Shown here: piece after piece, positions 22,401 through 24,000 of the stretch
Position numbering within the stretch: position 1 is the stretch's first letter
How the letters are laid out: each line of letters starts with the position of its first letter
DNA from: Lactobacillales bacterium
GTDB taxonomy: Bacteria; Bacillota; Bacilli; Lactobacillales; Streptococcaceae
Length of the DNA: 24,000 nucleotides
Assembly (NCBI GenBank): GCA_031261705.1
Contig: JAISJD010000044.1
Coordinates: forward strand, 1 to 24,000
Direction: 5' to 3'
Notes under the pieces: generated by a model
Told to the model about the DNA's origin: nothing
What the model saw: only the letters and a program-made list of their open reading frames with translations
The model's database searches: none
Made by a program: the position numbers and the translations under genes

Positions 22401-24000
22401 CTATTTATCAATCGCTACTGCCATTCTATTGGGACTATAAGAAGTAGCTACTTGACCCTCAGACACCCAGAATTTTCCATAAACGGGGTCGGTCACATGG
22501 AAGCTATTGCCATCAAATCCCGTCACTAACCACACATGAAGATTCAACACCTTTAAAGCACCATAATAGTAGCCACCTATTCTTGGCGCAGCAATAGGCC
22601 CACTCGTTCCCCAGACCACCACTGGATTTCCTTTTAGCAGCTCTGTTTTAAAGGCGGCTGTGCTCGAACCGCTAATATCTCTTGAATTTGGCGCATATCT
22701 TTTTGCATACGGCGTGAATGCTCGTGGGAAAATGGTATGATACCCACTTGTATCAGTAGGATTTCCGTTAAATCCGTCCGCCGGGTTGCCCCATGCAGGA
22801 ACTCTTGGGACAGCATTGGTTACTTGATGAATATTCTGACCTCTCGTAGCGCCTAGATAGCTTAACGCCATGTATAGTGAAAATTCCTCGCAACCGTTCC
22901 AATACCCCATTTGATTTTGATTATAATAAGGAACGTTCATCAGCGTTTTTTCACCAGCAGCAGTAGCGCCAACCGTTCTTTTGTTTGCTGTAATATATCC
23001 GTAGGCAGTTTTTAGCACGGGATACCCGTTTTTAGTCATGACACGACCTTGAACATTAAGTACAGTTCCAGCAGATATTGGGTTGCCAACTGAAGTTAAG
23101 TCTGCATTGTTATAATAATTTGCGGAAGTTTTAAACATTACTCTCCCTGGTGCCTGCATATAATAATTTTGAATATCCGCAGGGGCTTTTTTATAGGAAG
23201 AAGAAAGACCCGGTGCGGGTGCCCCTTTTTTCACTAATCTCATTTCAATTGCTTCTAGACGAAAGCCATAGCCCGAGCTACCACTCACACCATCATTTTT
23301 CGTCCACCCTAACCATCCAAAGTCTTCAACATGACCTCGATAATATACATCGAAATAACGGGATAAATCACCGGTAAGTCGAACTTGAAGCGCTTCCAAT
23401 CGTTTCCCTTTACCAGTTGTTCCACTCAACGCTCCGTTTGCTACATAATTTTGCCAGCCATAATCTTCGACATGTGTTTTATACTGTACCCCACCAGAAA
23501 TAGTGGAAGTCTCAATTTTAACTTTCAATCCCTCTAAACGTTTGGCTTGACCGCTAGTCCCACTCAATTCTCCATTTTTTTTTGCCGCTTGCCAACCAAT
23601 ATCTTGAATGTGGCTCTGATAAGAAATAGCTAAGGCATTGTTATCAATAGATGGAAGTGTTGTTGGGCCGGGTGCTTTTTCACCTTTTTTTACTAAACTT
23701 ATTTGAATTGCTTCTAGTCTAAGAGCAAAACCGCAAGTTCCAGCATCTTTCCCATTGCTCGCCCAATCTAGCCAACCAAAATCTTCAACATGCACTCGAT
23801 AATAAATATCGTATTTTGAAGCGAACTCACCGGTAAGTTTCATTTGGATTGCTTCTAAACGTTTGGCTTGACCACTTGTCCCACTCATTTCACCATTGGC
23901 TACAAAGTTTTGCCAGCCATAATCTTCAACATGTGTTTTATATTCTATACCACCGTTACTATCTGTATCTGCAACTTTTATCTTAATCCCTTCTATGCGT
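22401..24000 (-). CDS. secreted/cell-wall-associated protein: ChW repeats + SH3-like segment + C-terminal C39-like cysteine peptidase domain (5' end outside the window)
   Basis: The frame stays open upstream of the track Met at 23888 to the window edge (RIEGIKIKVADTDSNGGIEYKTHVEDYGWQNFVANGE...). It has at least five Y.xHVxDxGWxxW..NGxxxGTxGxxxRLEAI units. The C-terminus NVPYYNQNQMGYWNGCEEFSLYMALSYLG ... NLHVWLVTGFDG resembles YvpB-like C39_2 domains. Confidence 0.85.
   Translation of the reverse strand, partial: RIEGIKIKVADTDSNGGIEYKTHVEDYGWQNFVANGEMSGTSGQAKRLEAIQMKLTGEFASKYDIYYRVHVEDFGWLDWASNGKDAGTCGFALRLEAIQISLVKKGEKAPGPTTLPSIDNNALAISYQSHIQDIGWQAAKKNGELSGTSGQAKRLEGLKVKIETSTISGGVQYKTHVEDYGWQNYVANGALSGTTGKGKRLEALQVRLTGDLSRYFDVYYRGHVEDFGWLGWTKNDGVSGSSGYGFRLEAIEMRLVKKGAPAPGLSSSYKKAPADIQNYYMQAPGRVMFKTSANYYNNADLTSVGNPISAGTVLNVQGRVMTKNGYPVLKTAYGYITANKRTVGATAAGEKTLMNVPYYNQNQMGYWNGCEEFSLYMALSYLGATRGQNIHQVTNAVPRVPAWGNPADGFNGNPTDTSGYHTIFPRAFTPYAKRYAPNSRDISGSSTAAFKTELLKGNPVVVWGTSGPIAAPRIGGYYYGALKVLNLHVWLVTGFDGNSFHVTDPVYGKFWVSEGQVATSYSPNRMAVAIDK
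23229..24000 (-). repeat. tandem ChW (clostridial hydrophobic W) coding repeats, alternating two subtypes
   Basis: Degenerate nucleotide repeats recur with a period of about 290-300 nt, for example ttttgccagccataatcttc(a/g)acatgtgttttata at about 23450-23485 and 23908-23943. Protein units alternate between a GTSGQAKRLE type and a G(F/Y)(A/G)(L/F)RLEAI type. Confidence 0.7.

Noticed and set aside
1-24000. Scanned for CRISPR arrays, IS or transposase remnants, integrases, tRNA/rRNA genes and known defence-system genes.
   Set aside because: None were recognised. There are no regular direct repeat-spacer arrays, no terminal inverted repeats flanking blocks and no cloverleaf-like or rRNA-like segments. 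The only tandem repeats are the coding ChW units.

Overview
Densely coding, low-GC chromosomal segment. GGAGG-type ribosome binding sites, TTG/GTG starts and gene content (YitT, ChW-repeat wall protein, NusG_II/Gx/polyprenyl synthase cluster) point to Firmicutes, probably Bacilli/Lactobacillales. No rRNA, tRNA, CRISPR or IS element was recognised.

Left end (1-4.8 kb):
- a 38-aa Hol-Tox-like ORF
- an SdpI-like gene followed by a broken DUF1648-like gene
- a fused MacB-type ABC ATPase-permease
- a divergent TetR gene with an in-frame TAA at codon 11

4.8-7.5 kb: a three-gene ABC importer (lipoprotein binding protein, permease, ATPase).

7.7-17.9 kb holds the stand-out locus, a tightly packed minus-strand block in this order:
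- yitT
- GntR/HutC regulator
- M20 dipeptidase
- ChbC-type PTS EIIC plus a 176-aa protein resembling only the N-terminal part of selenoprotein GrdB
- M42 peptidase with a degenerate metal site
- intact M42 peptidase
- second EIIC plus a 172-aa GrdB-like protein
- signal-less glycosylasparaginase

No EIIA, EIIB, kinase or glycosidase is encoded in the block. I read it as a candidate, apparently undescribed uptake and catabolism system for Asn-linked glyco-amino acids or glycopeptides. Beta-aspartyl conjugates are the alternative substrate. The repeated EIIC/GrdB-like pairing is the most novel element. The yitT and EIIC leaders share sequence motifs.

Right end (18-24 kb):
- the NusG_II - Gx transporter - polyprenyl synthase cluster
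- a dense DnaA-box cluster on the hpt promoter
- hpt
- an operon for a ChW-repeat/SH3-like/C39-like secreted protein, truncated by the window edge, plus a Ser/Thr-rich membrane protein

All family assignments come from motif recognition by eye. No searches were run.
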